The notes beneath the pieces were generated by a model. It was not told the DNA's origin. It did not search any database and saw nothing but the letters and a program-made list of their open reading frames with translations. Shown piece by piece: positions 29,295 through 39,215 of a stretch of DNA of 64,000 nt. Numbering within the stretch: the first letter of the stretch is position 1; each line of letters starts with the position of its first letter. The translations under genes and the position numbers were made by a program. Origin of the DNA: a bacterium (lineage in GTDB: Bacteria; Patescibacteriota; Minisyncoccia; UBA6257; JAGOQP01); the NCBI GenBank assembly GCA_021814695.1, contig JAKAHY010000003.1:20692-84691 (forward strand). Reading direction: 5' to 3'.

Positions 29295-31454
29295 ATGAAA
29301 AAAATACAATTAAAATTAGCAAATTGCTACGGAATTAAGAAATTAGAAAGAGATTTTGATTTTTCGAATAACGGTACTTATGTAATTTATGCTCCCAATG
29401 GAGTTATGAAAACTTCATTTGCGAAGACATTTAAAGACTTAAGTTTAGGATTAAATTCTAAAGATTTGATTTTTCCAGAAATAGAGACGATCCGTGAGAT
29501 TAATAAAGAGAACAATACTAATTTGTCTAAAGAGGAAGTTTTTGTTGTAGAGCCATATAATGAGGATTTTAATTCAGAAAAAATATCTACCCTTTTGGTT
29601 AATAAAGAATTGAAAGGCAGATATGATAAAATCCATTTAAAAATTGATGAAGAAAAGAGCGGGTTACTAAAAGAATTAAAAAACTTATCTGGATTTCGAG
29701 ATGATATCGAAGAAGAAATTTCTCAAGCTTTTACAAGTGAGGACGATAGATTATTTGATTCTCTAGAAAGGGTGGAAAAAGAAGTTATGGATATTTCAGA
29801 ACCTGTGTATTCTGATATTTCTTATAAAGAGATTTTCAATGAAAAGGTTCTAAATTTTCTGATGACTAAGGATTTCAAAGAAAAAATTGAGCAATATATT
29901 AAAAAATATGACGAATTAATTGAAAGTTCAAAATATTTTAAAAAAGGTATATTTAATCATAATAATGCATCAGTTATAGCCAAGAGTTTAGTAGATAATG
30001 GTTTCTTTAAAGCACAACATTCCATTTCTTTAAATACAAGAGAAAGTAAAAATGAAATTTACACCAAAGAAGAACTTGAAAAAGTCATTGATGAAGAAAA
30101 AAACGCTATATTGAATAACCCTGATTTGGTGAAAGTTTTTGAAGAGTTGGACAGCAAATTAAAAGCTAATAAAGAATTGCGTGATTTCAGAGATTATTTG
30201 TTAAATAATCCAAAAATTTTACCAGAACTGAAAAATCTTGATAGTTTTCGACAAAAATTATGGGTATCCTATTTTAAGAGTCAAAAAGATTTATACGAGA
30301 GTTTCTTAAAGGAATACCATTCTGGAAAAAGTGAATTGGACAAAATAATAGAACAAGCTAAAACAGAAGCAACGCACTGGATGGATGTGATAGACATCTT
30401 TAATGAAAGGTTTTCAGTTCCGTTTAAGCTTAGTATAAAAAATCAGGGTGATGTTATTTTAAAACGAGATGTTCCTAGTATCGCTTTTATATTTAAAGAT
30501 TCAAATGGCGAAGTTCCTGTAGAAAAATTAAATTTACTCCAAGTATTAAGTAGCGGAGAGAAACGTGCTCTGTATATCTTAAACATAATTTTTGAAGTTC
30601 AAGCAAGAAAAGAAGAAAATCAGGAAACCCTATTTATTATTGATGATATAGCAGATTCTTTTGACTATAAAAATAAATACGCGATTGTTGAATATTTGAA
30701 AGATATTTCGGAAGAAACAAATTTTTATCAAATAATTTTAACTCATAACTTCGATTTTTTTAGAACCGTTCAGAGCAGGTTTGTTCCTTATGATAATTGT
30801 TTAATGGTTGAAAAAACAACTGAAGAATTAAAAATAGTAAAAGCAGATTATATAAAAAATCCATTCAAATACTGGATGAATCATTTAGATGATGATAAAA
30901 AATTAATAGCATCAATTCCGTTTGTAAGAAATCTTATTGAATACACAAAAGACACAAACGATGATGATTTTTTGAAATTAACATCATTATTACACGTTAA
31001 ATCAAATTCCGATTCTATTTTTAAAAGCGATTTACAAAATATTTATAAAAGTATATTTCCTAACTTATCACTAACCTTAATAGGTAAAGATGAAAAGGTT
31101 ATTAATTTAATTTTTAATTTAGCAGATACCTGTTTAACTGCGACCGTAGGCATAAATCTAGAAAATAAGATTCTTCTTTCTATTGCTATTAGATTGGTAG
31201 CGGAAAAATTTATTTTAAGTAAGATAACTGATAAAAGTGAGATTGTCGGAAAACAAACAAGGAAACTTTTTGAAAGATTTAGAAATGAATTTAATAAAGA
31301 TAATTTTGAACAAGAAAATATTAAAATACTAGAGCAAGTTAATCTTATGACTCCAGAAAATATACACTTTAATTCATTTATGTATGAGCCTATTTTAGAT
31401 ATGTCGGATGATCATTTGAAAAACTTATATAACGAAGTGAAAAAATTAAAATAA
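29295..31454 (+). CDS. ABC/SMC-like ATPase (AAA_13 / RloC-PrrC-like), putative defence protein
   Basis: Degenerate Walker A YAPNGVMKTS; coiled coil; signature LSSGEKRA; Walker B IIDDIADSFD; H-loop LTHNFDFF. Confidence 0.75.
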   Translation: MKKIQLKLANCYGIKKLERDFDFSNNGTYVIYAPNGVMKTSFAKTFKDLSLGLNSKDLIFPEIETIREINKENNTNLSKEEVFVVEPYNEDFNSEKISTLLVNKELKGRYDKIHLKIDEEKSGLLKELKNLSGFRDDIEEEISQAFTSEDDRLFDSLERVEKEVMDISEPVYSDISYKEIFNEKVLNFLMTKDFKEKIEQYIKKYDELIESSKYFKKGIFNHNNASVIAKSLVDNGFFKAQHSISLNTRESKNEIYTKEELEKVIDEEKNAILNNPDLVKVFEELDSKLKANKELRDFRDYLLNNPKILPELKNLDSFRQKLWVSYFKSQKDLYESFLKEYHSGKSELDKIIEQAKTEATHWMDVIDIFNERFSVPFKLSIKNQGDVILKRDVPSIAFIFKDSNGEVPVEKLNLLQVLSSGEKRALYILNIIFEVQARKEENQETLFIIDDIADSFDYKNKYAIVEYLKDISEETNFYQIILTHNFDFFRTVQSRFVPYDNCLMVEKTTEELKIVKADYIKNPFKYWMNHLDDDKKLIASIPFVRNLIEYTKDTNDDDFLKLTSLLHVKSNSDSIFKSDLQNIYKSIFPNLSLTLIGKDEKVINLIFNLADTCLTATVGINLENKILLSIAIRLVAEKFILSKITDKSEIVGKQTRKLFERFRNEFNKDNFEQENIKILEQVNLMTPENIHFNSFMYEPILDMSDDHLKNLYNEVKKLK

Positions 31455-31470
31455 ATAATTAAAAGATTTT

Positions 31471-32880
31471 ATGACCATAATGATTTTACTAATAATAAAT
31501 ACTTTTGGAATCGCTCTTTTGACATTTCTGTTTTTTAAGAATAAACAATCTGATAATGCCGGCCAAATAACAAAAGCTGTTGAGATTTTATTTGATAGAA
31601 TGGATAAGGCTTTTAAGGAAGAAATGTCTCTAAATAGAAAAGAGTCGGCAGACTCAGAAAAAAGATTACGCGAAGAAATTTCTAGCTCATTTAAGGGATT
31701 TGGAGATTCGCTTGATAAAAGAATGTCCGAACTTGCTAGTACTCAAAATAAGAATTTTGAAGGATTTTCTATAAAACTTACAGAATTAATTGATAAGAAT
31801 GATACAAAAATAGAAAAAGTCAGAGAAACAGTTGAAAGAAAGCTTGAAAATATACAAAAAGACAACGGCGAAAAATTAGAAATGATGAGGCAGACAGTAG
31901 ACGAGAAGCTCCAATCTACCTTAGAGAAGAGACTGGGAGAATCATTCAGGCAAGTAAGCGACAAACTGGATTCTGTCCATGTCGGGCTTGGAGAAATGAG
32001 AAATCTGGCGTCTGACGTTGGTGGTCTAAAAAAAGTTTTAACAAATGTAAAAACACGCGGTATCTGGGGTGAGGCACAACTGGGTGCTTTACTGGACCAG
32101 GTATTATCTCCGGAACAGTATGCAAGTAACGTTGCAGTTAAGCGTGATGGCAGAGAAAGAGTAGAATATGCTATCAAATTACCAGGCACTAAAGAAGACG
32201 GAAGTGATCCCGTGTGGTTGCCTATAGATTCAAAATTTCCTCAAGAAGATTATGATCGTCTAATTAGCGCATACGAACAAGCAGATGCCAATGCAATTGA
32301 TGTAGCGTCTAAACAACTGGAGCTTAGGATTCGCAATGAAGCCAAAAGTATCAACGAAAAATATATTGATCCACCCAATACAACAGATTTTGCCATATTA
32401 TTTTTACCATATGAAAGTTTATATGCAGAGGTTATTAGGCGCCCCGGTCTCTGCGAAACAATTCAAAGAAGCTACAGGGTTACAATAACGTGTCCGTCAA
32501 CATTGGGTGCTTTATTAACCAGTCTTCAAATGGGATTTAAAACTCTTGCTATACAAAAGAGATCAAGTGAAGTGTGGGAAGTGCTCGGAGCAGTAAAAAC
32601 GCAATTTGGTAAATTTTCTAACTTGCTCGAAAAAACTCAAAGACAATTGAAAACCGTAGCTGGTACAATTGAAGAAGCTACTAAAAAAACCAAGACAATT
32701 GAGGGTAAACTAAGAAAAGTACAACAATTACCAGAATCTTTATCAATTAAGGTACTAAAAGGAGTGGAAGAGTTGGAAAATAGCCAGGAGGATGCAGAAG
32801 GAATAGAAAAGACGTCAATTTCTGAGACGCAAGAAGATTTTTCAGATAAAGAGATTAGATCAGAAGACCTACCGTTTTAG
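31471..32880 (+). CDS. rmuC: DNA recombination protein RmuC (paralog 2)
   Basis: KTRGIWGE, LPIDSKFPQEDY, TTDFAILFLP.E motifs. Confidence 0.9.
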   Translation: MTIMILLIINTFGIALLTFLFFKNKQSDNAGQITKAVEILFDRMDKAFKEEMSLNRKESADSEKRLREEISSSFKGFGDSLDKRMSELASTQNKNFEGFSIKLTELIDKNDTKIEKVRETVERKLENIQKDNGEKLEMMRQTVDEKLQSTLEKRLGESFRQVSDKLDSVHVGLGEMRNLASDVGGLKKVLTNVKTRGIWGEAQLGALLDQVLSPEQYASNVAVKRDGRERVEYAIKLPGTKEDGSDPVWLPIDSKFPQEDYDRLISAYEQADANAIDVASKQLELRIRNEAKSINEKYIDPPNTTDFAILFLPYESLYAEVIRRPGLCETIQRSYRVTITCPSTLGALLTSLQMGFKTLAIQKRSSEVWEVLGAVKTQFGKFSNLLEKTQRQLKTVAGTIEEATKKTKTIEGKLRKVQQLPESLSIKVLKGVEELENSQEDAEGIEKTSISETQEDFSDKEIRSEDLPF

Positions 32881-35800
32881 GTATCATTCTTCAATAAATC
32901 CTCCTCAAAACTTTTGATTCCGTTGAAGCCCATTTCTGCGTATTTTGATATGTCCGGAAAGTCGAGATTTATTATTTTCTTATAAACAATGCCTATTAAG
33001 GCCTTTAGGCGCTCAACTTCTTGCGGATCTATGTCCAGTGTTAGCCCAACGAGTTCTTTATGAAGGGGTTCTATAAAGCTTATAACTCCTTTATTTACCG
33101 TATATTTATTTCCGAATGCTTTGGAGTTTTCTATAAGGAGTTTATAGAATATTAACTGATTACGGTTGCGCCAGGCCTTAATTTTTGCGTACTGGTCGGT
33201 TGGGGACCAGCTATCTATTGGTTTTCCGGTTTTAAAATCCTCAACTATCATTTTGTTCCCTTCGATTTTTATTTTATCTATTCTTCCTGTTATGGGCGTT
33301 CCGTCTATAATTGCCCCCTCCTTTTTGAAATCAAATTCACTCTTATCGTCAATTGAAAAAGATTTCTTCTTCTGATTATAAAAGTTTTCAATTGCTTTCT
33401 GTCCTCTTTGCAGTAGGAGATCAAAATCCTTTTGGTTGAGCCGTCCGTTTTTTAGGGATTCTTCAAACCAAATTAACACCTCTTTAGTCGGAGGTAGTTT
33501 TTTATTATTTTTTAGGTAGTTGTATGTGCGTTTGATAGTTTCATGAGCGGCCGATCCAAGAATGCCACTTGGGGTCTTTGGTTCAGGAAATAAAAGCAGA
33601 TTTTTTTCAAAGAAAGTTGCTGGTCCGCCATCAACAACATTTAAGAAATTCTGTAAATGAGTAACGTTGAGTTTATAGTCGTCCAAAATTGGTTTTAAAA
33701 GCGCTTTTTCTTCGGCTACAAAAGGGGGAGTGTGCAACATATTTAATTGATCAACTAGCATCTCTTCCGGAACTCGATTAATATCTTTTATTTCAATAAA
33801 TTCTGGTTCAAAAGATTTTAAAGCACCTTCCGGGGATATAAATCCAAGGCGAGAAGATTCTTTTCCCTTGTTGTCATATTTATATGATGTCAGATATAAC
33901 AATCTTTTGGCTCTGGTGATGGCAACATAAAAAAGTCGGAGTTGATCATCTATATTGTCTCCTGCTGGGCTGATGGGTAAATTCGATGGCAGGGTTATAT
34001 TATTTCTACCTCGTCCGGTTCCGGCCCAGGAATCTTCCTGGCAATTTAAAACAAATACGGCTTCAAATTCCAATCCTTTGGCTTTGTGTGCGCTCATCAA
34101 TTGGACCGCTTCGTTGGAATTAATAAAAGGACTGGTGTTATTTATGGGGAGGTTGTTTTTTGTGTGGATGTCAAAAAATTCAATCATCTCTCCAATATTT
34201 ACTCTTTTACCACGTCTATATTCTCTTAGGGATTCAATAAATGATTTTAATGAAGATAGAAAATTTAAATAATCTGCTCTGTGTTTGGTAAATTTGTCCT
34301 TGTTAAAATAATAAGATCTAAATGGACTAAACATATCATTGCTACCCGCAGTTTCTTCCTCGGTTTTTTCATCTGAAAGGATTTGCTGGGGTCCACCAAT
34401 GAGCTCCTGGAGAACTTCTTCTGCCGTTGCGTAAGTTGCTAGTCCTCCCAAGTTAATGAAAAATTCCGCTATGTCACTTAGCTGTCCTCCTAATTCTTTC
34501 ATAACCATAAGCCACGGCTTGTTTTCTTTTATAGCCTTTATAGAAAGCTCCCAAATCATTGATCGTTTTATATTCCAGAACGGATAGTTTAATATCTCCG
34601 GTAAAAAGTTATCGGCATCGTCCGATTTTTTCATTATAGAGTCAACAAATTTGGCCATCGTGATAAGTTCCAAAATGTGCGGTTCCTGCAAAACATTTTG
34701 CTGGCGTTCGTAAGCAATTGGAATTTTAGCCATGTGGAAATAAGGAGCTAGAGATTCAAGGTCTTTATGTTCGCGAGCGATAACGGCAATTTCTTTGGGG
34801 GATATGCCTTGTTCAATCAATTTTTTTATTTCGGTTGTTATCCAATGATATTCTATTTCTTTGGAAGCAAATTCTTTTGAATGGATTTTTCCATCTTTTA
34901 TATTTTTATTACTGGCGATCAGCTCTTTTTTTAATTCTGGAAAGATATTTTCAAGACGATTAACACCTTTTTTAATTATAAGTTTTGCTGCGTCTAATAT
35001 GTCTTGAGTTGATCGATAATTTTCTTTAAGAACTATTAGCTCTGGTTTGCGGTATGTGTTTTGAAAACCGCTGACGTTGGTAATTTCTGCCCCCTGAAAT
35101 TTGAAAATTGCCTGGTCATCGTCTCCGACAACCATTATATTGGGTCTGCCTTCGTTGACAGGGTTATCAGTTAGAAGCTTCAATAACCTCATTTGGGCAT
35201 CATTGGTGTCTTGAAATTCATCCACAAGAATATATTGGTAGCGTTCCTGTAAGTCCAGTTTTACGTTTAAATTGTTTTCGAGCACGGAGATTGCGTCCAG
35301 GATCATATCGTCAAAATCATAATATTCGTTTTCTCTCAACTTCTTCATATATTTTTCGTATATGTCGGCTAACGCCTCCATCCTTTCGATGTTTAAAAGA
35401 TCGGTGATATGCCTGAATCCATCCTCGCCTTTTTCTGTCCATTCATTTTTCCATTCTGTTACTGGGGATGTTGCATTCAAATCCTCGGCGTTTTTGACGG
35501 CTTGGGCGAGTGAGTACGCTAGTGATTGAGCAAAAGGTCTAAAGAAGCCCGGTAATTTTTTAGATTTAAAAGCGCCGATCTCCTTGGCGGCTGAAATTGC
35601 GGCAGGATATAATTTTTTTGAGATCCTGTCATTAAAAACAGATTTGATTATTGGGTCTGCATGTTCTATTTCTTTTTTATTTTCGGCTAATATAGTTTTG
35701 AATTCATCCGGAGTAAGCCCGGCTTTTTTAAGATATTCGATCGCCTTTTTTGTTTTATATAAGTAAGTAAATTGACCATTGAACTCTGATCGCAGGGGAT

Positions 35801-36203
35801 TATCATATGGAAGTTCGGTAAATATTTTTTCTAATATTTCTGTCTGTGTTATCTGGTCAGCAGGAAGAAGAGTGGCGCCATTATAAAAATATTCCGGATA
35901 ATAATTTATTATTTCAACTCCAAAACTATGAAAAGTATGGATAGAAACTCTGTATGCGTCATGGCCGATAAGACCAGCTAATCGGTTGCGCATATTGAAT
36001 GCGGCGGCGTCGGTAAATGTTAAACACAATATATTTCCTGGGGAGGCGTCAGTATTTTTTAAAATATTAGCCACACGCAAGCTCAGAAGCTCGGTTTTTC
36101 CGGATCCCGGCCCGGCTATAACCATCACGGGGCCATCTATGGTATCAACGGCCTGTTTTTGTTGTTTATTTAAATTTTTAATCCTATCTTCAAATGTGCT
36201 CAT
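32877..36203 (-). CDS. UvrD/PcrA-like helicase fused to C-terminal PD-(D/E)XK nuclease (AdnAB/AddA-like)
   Basis: AGPGSGKT, VDEFQDTN, VGDDDQAIF, NYRS, HKAKGLEF, YVAITRAK; C-terminal GRIDK..EDFKTG. Confidence 0.92.
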   Translation of the reverse strand: MSTFEDRIKNLNKQQKQAVDTIDGPVMVIAGPGSGKTELLSLRVANILKNTDASPGNILCLTFTDAAAFNMRNRLAGLIGHDAYRVSIHTFHSFGVEIINYYPEYFYNGATLLPADQITQTEILEKIFTELPYDNPLRSEFNGQFTYLYKTKKAIEYLKKAGLTPDEFKTILAENKKEIEHADPIIKSVFNDRISKKLYPAAISAAKEIGAFKSKKLPGFFRPFAQSLAYSLAQAVKNAEDLNATSPVTEWKNEWTEKGEDGFRHITDLLNIERMEALADIYEKYMKKLRENEYYDFDDMILDAISVLENNLNVKLDLQERYQYILVDEFQDTNDAQMRLLKLLTDNPVNEGRPNIMVVGDDDQAIFKFQGAEITNVSGFQNTYRKPELIVLKENYRSTQDILDAAKLIIKKGVNRLENIFPELKKELIASNKNIKDGKIHSKEFASKEIEYHWITTEIKKLIEQGISPKEIAVIAREHKDLESLAPYFHMAKIPIAYERQQNVLQEPHILELITMAKFVDSIMKKSDDADNFLPEILNYPFWNIKRSMIWELSIKAIKENKPWLMVMKELGGQLSDIAEFFINLGGLATYATAEEVLQELIGGPQQILSDEKTEEETAGSNDMFSPFRSYYFNKDKFTKHRADYLNFLSSLKSFIESLREYRRGKRVNIGEMIEFFDIHTKNNLPINNTSPFINSNEAVQLMSAHKAKGLEFEAVFVLNCQEDSWAGTGRGRNNITLPSNLPISPAGDNIDDQLRLFYVAITRAKRLLYLTSYKYDNKGKESSRLGFISPEGALKSFEPEFIEIKDINRVPEEMLVDQLNMLHTPPFVAEEKALLKPILDDYKLNVTHLQNFLNVVDGGPATFFEKNLLLFPEPKTPSGILGSAAHETIKRTYNYLKNNKKLPPTKEVLIWFEESLKNGRLNQKDFDLLLQRGQKAIENFYNQKKKSFSIDDKSEFDFKKEGAIIDGTPITGRIDKIKIEGNKMIVEDFKTGKPIDSWSPTDQYAKIKAWRNRNQLIFYKLLIENSKAFGNKYTVNKGVISFIEPLHKELVGLTLDIDPQEVERLKALIGIVYKKIINLDFPDISKYAEMGFNGIKSFEEDLLKNDT

Positions 36204-36264
36204 AGTTAAAACAATACTTCAAATTTTAGATCACGTCTATTGTGAGTATGATATAATAATACAA

Positions 36265-36426
36265 ATGTTTCATCTGCCACCAAATTTTGCTTGGGAATTG
36301 ATAAAGAACATGGTCTTTGTTTGGTGGTTGCTAATTAAAGCATTCTGGCCGTTTTTGGTTTTATTAGCCCTTTTCTACGTTCTTGATTATTGGATTAGTA
36401 ATAAAAAAAGAAAAAATAAAAAATGA
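36265..36426 (+). CDS. Small membrane protein (53 aa)
   Basis: ATG after TGATATAAT; hydrophobic helix and basic tail; overlaps next start. Confidence 0.5.
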   Translation: MFHLPPNFAWELIKNMVFVWWLLIKAFWPFLVLLALFYVLDYWISNKKRKNKK

Positions 36427-36896
36427 ATGATATTGAATTTTCTAGAGATTTAATAAAAGGTAAAATTGCGGAAGTCGTGTTTGAGCAAATGTTTAGATCC
36501 TCAGGGAAATATACGATACTGCATTCCGGTTACGAATATACACTTCCTGAACTTGCACAGTATCAGCATATAGCGGAAGTGAAAGCCGTTATCGAAAATA
36601 TAAGAAATGCTCCTGATTTTGTTTTAATATCTCAGGATAAAAAAGAAGTGCATTTAGTAGAGGTAAAATATCGTACACATAGACGTCCAAATGAATTAAA
36701 GGAAATCGCGGAGGATGTGTTAAAAATCTGGAATCCATGTTGGCTATTTGTTGCATCTCCAGACGGTTTCTTTTTTGAACCCTGTAATACTGTTGTAAAT
36801 AATAATGGTGAGATGGGATTGCTTTATTCAAAATGGGTCAACGAAGACATTCAGCGAGAATTTCTTAAATTATTGAACGAATTTGAAAAAAAATAA
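36423..36896 (+). CDS. PD-(D/E)XK endonuclease-like protein
   Basis: KGKIAE..., APDF..., VEVKYR. Confidence 0.65.
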   Translation: MNDIEFSRDLIKGKIAEVVFEQMFRSSGKYTILHSGYEYTLPELAQYQHIAEVKAVIENIRNAPDFVLISQDKKEVHLVEVKYRTHRRPNELKEIAEDVLKIWNPCWLFVASPDGFFFEPCNTVVNNNGEMGLLYSKWVNEDIQREFLKLLNEFEKK

Positions 36897-36900
36897 ACCC

Positions 36901-37149
36901 ATGAGCAAGGATGAAGAGTTGATATATGAAAATTGCCCCATATGTCTTAAAACGGGATTTGATGGGCACCTGGCTTATCTGGCAATATTGCATTACCAGA
37001 TTGAAGCCGGAAAAGAAGAAGGCGTCCCGATTGACAAGGTTTTCGATAAAACTCAGGCACTCAAGCATTCTATTAATAAAGAAAATGTGCATGAAAATAT
37101 CATCATTTCTCTGAGGCGGCTTGAAAAAATTGAAAAAAATAATAAATAA
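36901..37149 (+). CDS. Hypothetical protein (CxxC)
   Basis: ORF 4 nt downstream of the nuclease-like gene; CPIC motif. Confidence 0.5.
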   Translation: MSKDEELIYENCPICLKTGFDGHLAYLAILHYQIEAGKEEGVPIDKVFDKTQALKHSINKENVHENIIISLRRLEKIEKNNK

Positions 37150-37723
37150 TCCGCCCAAGGCGGATTTTGTGTAGACAAATTGACGCTATAATCTTTTTAA
37201 TGTAGCTTGAATTCAGCAACTATATAAAACCAAAGGAGGGGCGACAGATGCCTAAAAAAATCCAATGCTATCTAGCCGGTTCGTTTATTCCATTTGGAGG
37301 TTGCGAAGATTGGCGCGATTATGTTGAGTCGAATTGTCTGTGCGGAAAAATCTCATTTTATGATCCCAGATCAGATACTGAGCAGGAATCTATAGCATCT
37401 TTTACGTCTCAGGATTTGAAAGGGGTAGGGTCGAGTGATGTCATCTTCTGTTTTATGGATAAGAACGCGGGTGAGGTCGGATCTGCTGCAGAATGCGGAT
37501 TTGGCCTTGCTAAAAATCGGATGGTAATTCTTTGTATTGGGGAGGACGTTGACTTCCCTCATCCGTTTATGTTGGGGCTTGCGCGTCGAGTGATTATCGG
37601 ACTTGATGCCGGAATAGAATATCTCAAAGGTCTTGCTGATTATGGAATTGAGAATGAATTTGCTGTTGCCTACGATTTTTTGAAAGATAAGAGCCAAAAA
37701 TAATTCCGCCCAAGGCGGATTTT
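37145..37723. repeat. Direct repeats TCCGCCCAAGGCGGATTTT flanking the NDT-like gene
   Basis: Copies at ~37150-37168 and ~37705-37723. Confidence 0.65.
37248..37703 (+). CDS. Nucleoside 2-deoxyribosyltransferase-like protein
   Basis: YLAGS...W...YDPR...DL..V.SSDVI...GSAAECG; SD AAAGGAGG. Confidence 0.72.
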   Translation: MPKKIQCYLAGSFIPFGGCEDWRDYVESNCLCGKISFYDPRSDTEQESIASFTSQDLKGVGSSDVIFCFMDKNAGEVGSAAECGFGLAKNRMVILCIGEDVDFPHPFMLGLARRVIIGLDAGIEYLKGLADYGIENEFAVAYDFLKDKSQK

Positions 37724-37740
37724 TGTTGTATAATAAACTC

Positions 37741-37920
37741 ATGAGCAATAAATATCATAGCGGGGGAGCGAGTGCGGTCTACGGCCTGGGGTTTGTCGGC
37801 GCGGCTATATATTTCATCGGCCACGCGGCAACTTTCTGGCTGGGAGTTTTAGGCTTTCTTAAAGCCCTTGTCTGGCCGGCATACGTCGTCTACTACGCCC
37901 TCCAAGTTCTGGTAAAATAA
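37741..37920 (+). CDS. Small membrane protein
   Basis: YGLGFVGAAIYFI..A.TFW.GVLG.LKALVWPA pattern. Confidence 0.65.
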   Translation: MSNKYHSGGASAVYGLGFVGAAIYFIGHAATFWLGVLGFLKALVWPAYVVYYALQVLVK

Positions 37921-37988
37921 TTCCATTACAGACATTCCAATCCCGATATATCGGGATTGGAATGTCGTAAGTGAAGAAAAATAAAAAA

Positions 37989-38672
37989 ATGCGAACGGAT
38001 AAAAAAATATTTACAATCGTTCTGCTGGTTTTGGGATTGGCTTGGGCCGGAATCACCAGCGCCCATCAGCCCAGGATTGAATTTAATTCCAATCCGACAA
38101 TCGACAATCCCGTTCCAATTTCCAATCCGGGAGTTTCTCAGGCATTTTACGGCGATCTTAAGGGTAGTCCCCAGTACTACGAAATCAAACTTGATAGCCC
38201 TTTAGATTTTTATTTTGGTGTTTTGGTTCCGGATGTTCCGGGAATCGGGAAAAATGTTTCGGCCGGGCTTATCATAGAAAATTCGCCAAAAAGTTCGTAT
38301 GCCGCTTTTCTGGACGCCTCCAGGTCTGACTGGAATATATTTTACGAGGAATTTGCAGGAGATAATTATTTTTTTGGACCCGATACCACAATAAATCTTC
38401 CGGCGGGAAATTATCTGATCAAGGTATTTAATCCTGACAATGTCGGAAAATATGTTTTAGTTGTCGGAAAGGAAGAAGTCTTTCCTCCAAGTGAATGGCT
38501 GAGTGCGGCAATAAAATTGCCTTTGCTAAAAACCCAGTTTTTTGAAAAACCGATATGGTCGTTATGGGAAGGAAAAATCGGAAAATATCTGGTTATTGGG
38601 TATCTGATATTTATTATTCTGGTTATTGGCGCAATTTATCTAATTGTAAAAAAATTAGTTGCAAGAAAATGA
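37989..38672 (+). CDS. Secreted/membrane hypothetical protein
   Basis: Signal peptide ending AHQP; C-terminal TM. Confidence 0.7.
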   Translation: MRTDKKIFTIVLLVLGLAWAGITSAHQPRIEFNSNPTIDNPVPISNPGVSQAFYGDLKGSPQYYEIKLDSPLDFYFGVLVPDVPGIGKNVSAGLIIENSPKSSYAAFLDASRSDWNIFYEEFAGDNYFFGPDTTINLPAGNYLIKVFNPDNVGKYVLVVGKEEVFPPSEWLSAAIKLPLLKTQFFEKPIWSLWEGKIGKYLVIGYLIFIILVIGAIYLIVKKLVARK

Positions 38673-39178
38673 AGCCAAAAACGGTCACGGTCAATGACAA
38701 AATGCAGAAAGGGTATAAATATACTCTAACCGAACCGGCCGGAAGAAATTTTGACCCGAGATTCAAGCCGGAGCTGACTCCAAAACAAATGCTTGAGTTG
38801 GGAGTCTTTGGCGGGAAATATATGACCGACTGCGGGAAAGAATTTCCCAAAAGCTGGTTTACGAGGGCAAAGCTTTCTCCCGAGCACCACGATGACTCTC
38901 TTAATTTTTTCCATAAGCACGCGAGCCAGCCGCTTAAAGTTTGGAGGGAAAAGTGATGGATTTATCCGATGGATCCTAGGGGTTGGTTTCAATGGTACTG
39001 CCGCTATTATATGGGGCGCAGAATTCCCGGAGAGGATGAGCGTCAGATAAAGCGTTGGCTGGCGATAAGGCGCCATATCGCGCAATTGAAAAAAAATTGC
39101 CGAAAAGGTGACCTTAAATGCCGGCCCGTCCAAAGGCAGGCGTTGCTCCATTGGGCGTACGACTCCCGCCGTTATTAA
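38669..39178 (+). pseudogene. Conserved hypothetical protein interrupted by an in-frame TGA (38954-38956)
   Basis: LTPKQMLELGVFGGKY...[23 protein letters not shown]; both halves in the same frame. Confidence 0.75.
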
Positions 39179-39215
39179 AATATCGACTCCGGTCGAATTT
39201 TGGTATAATGGATTT

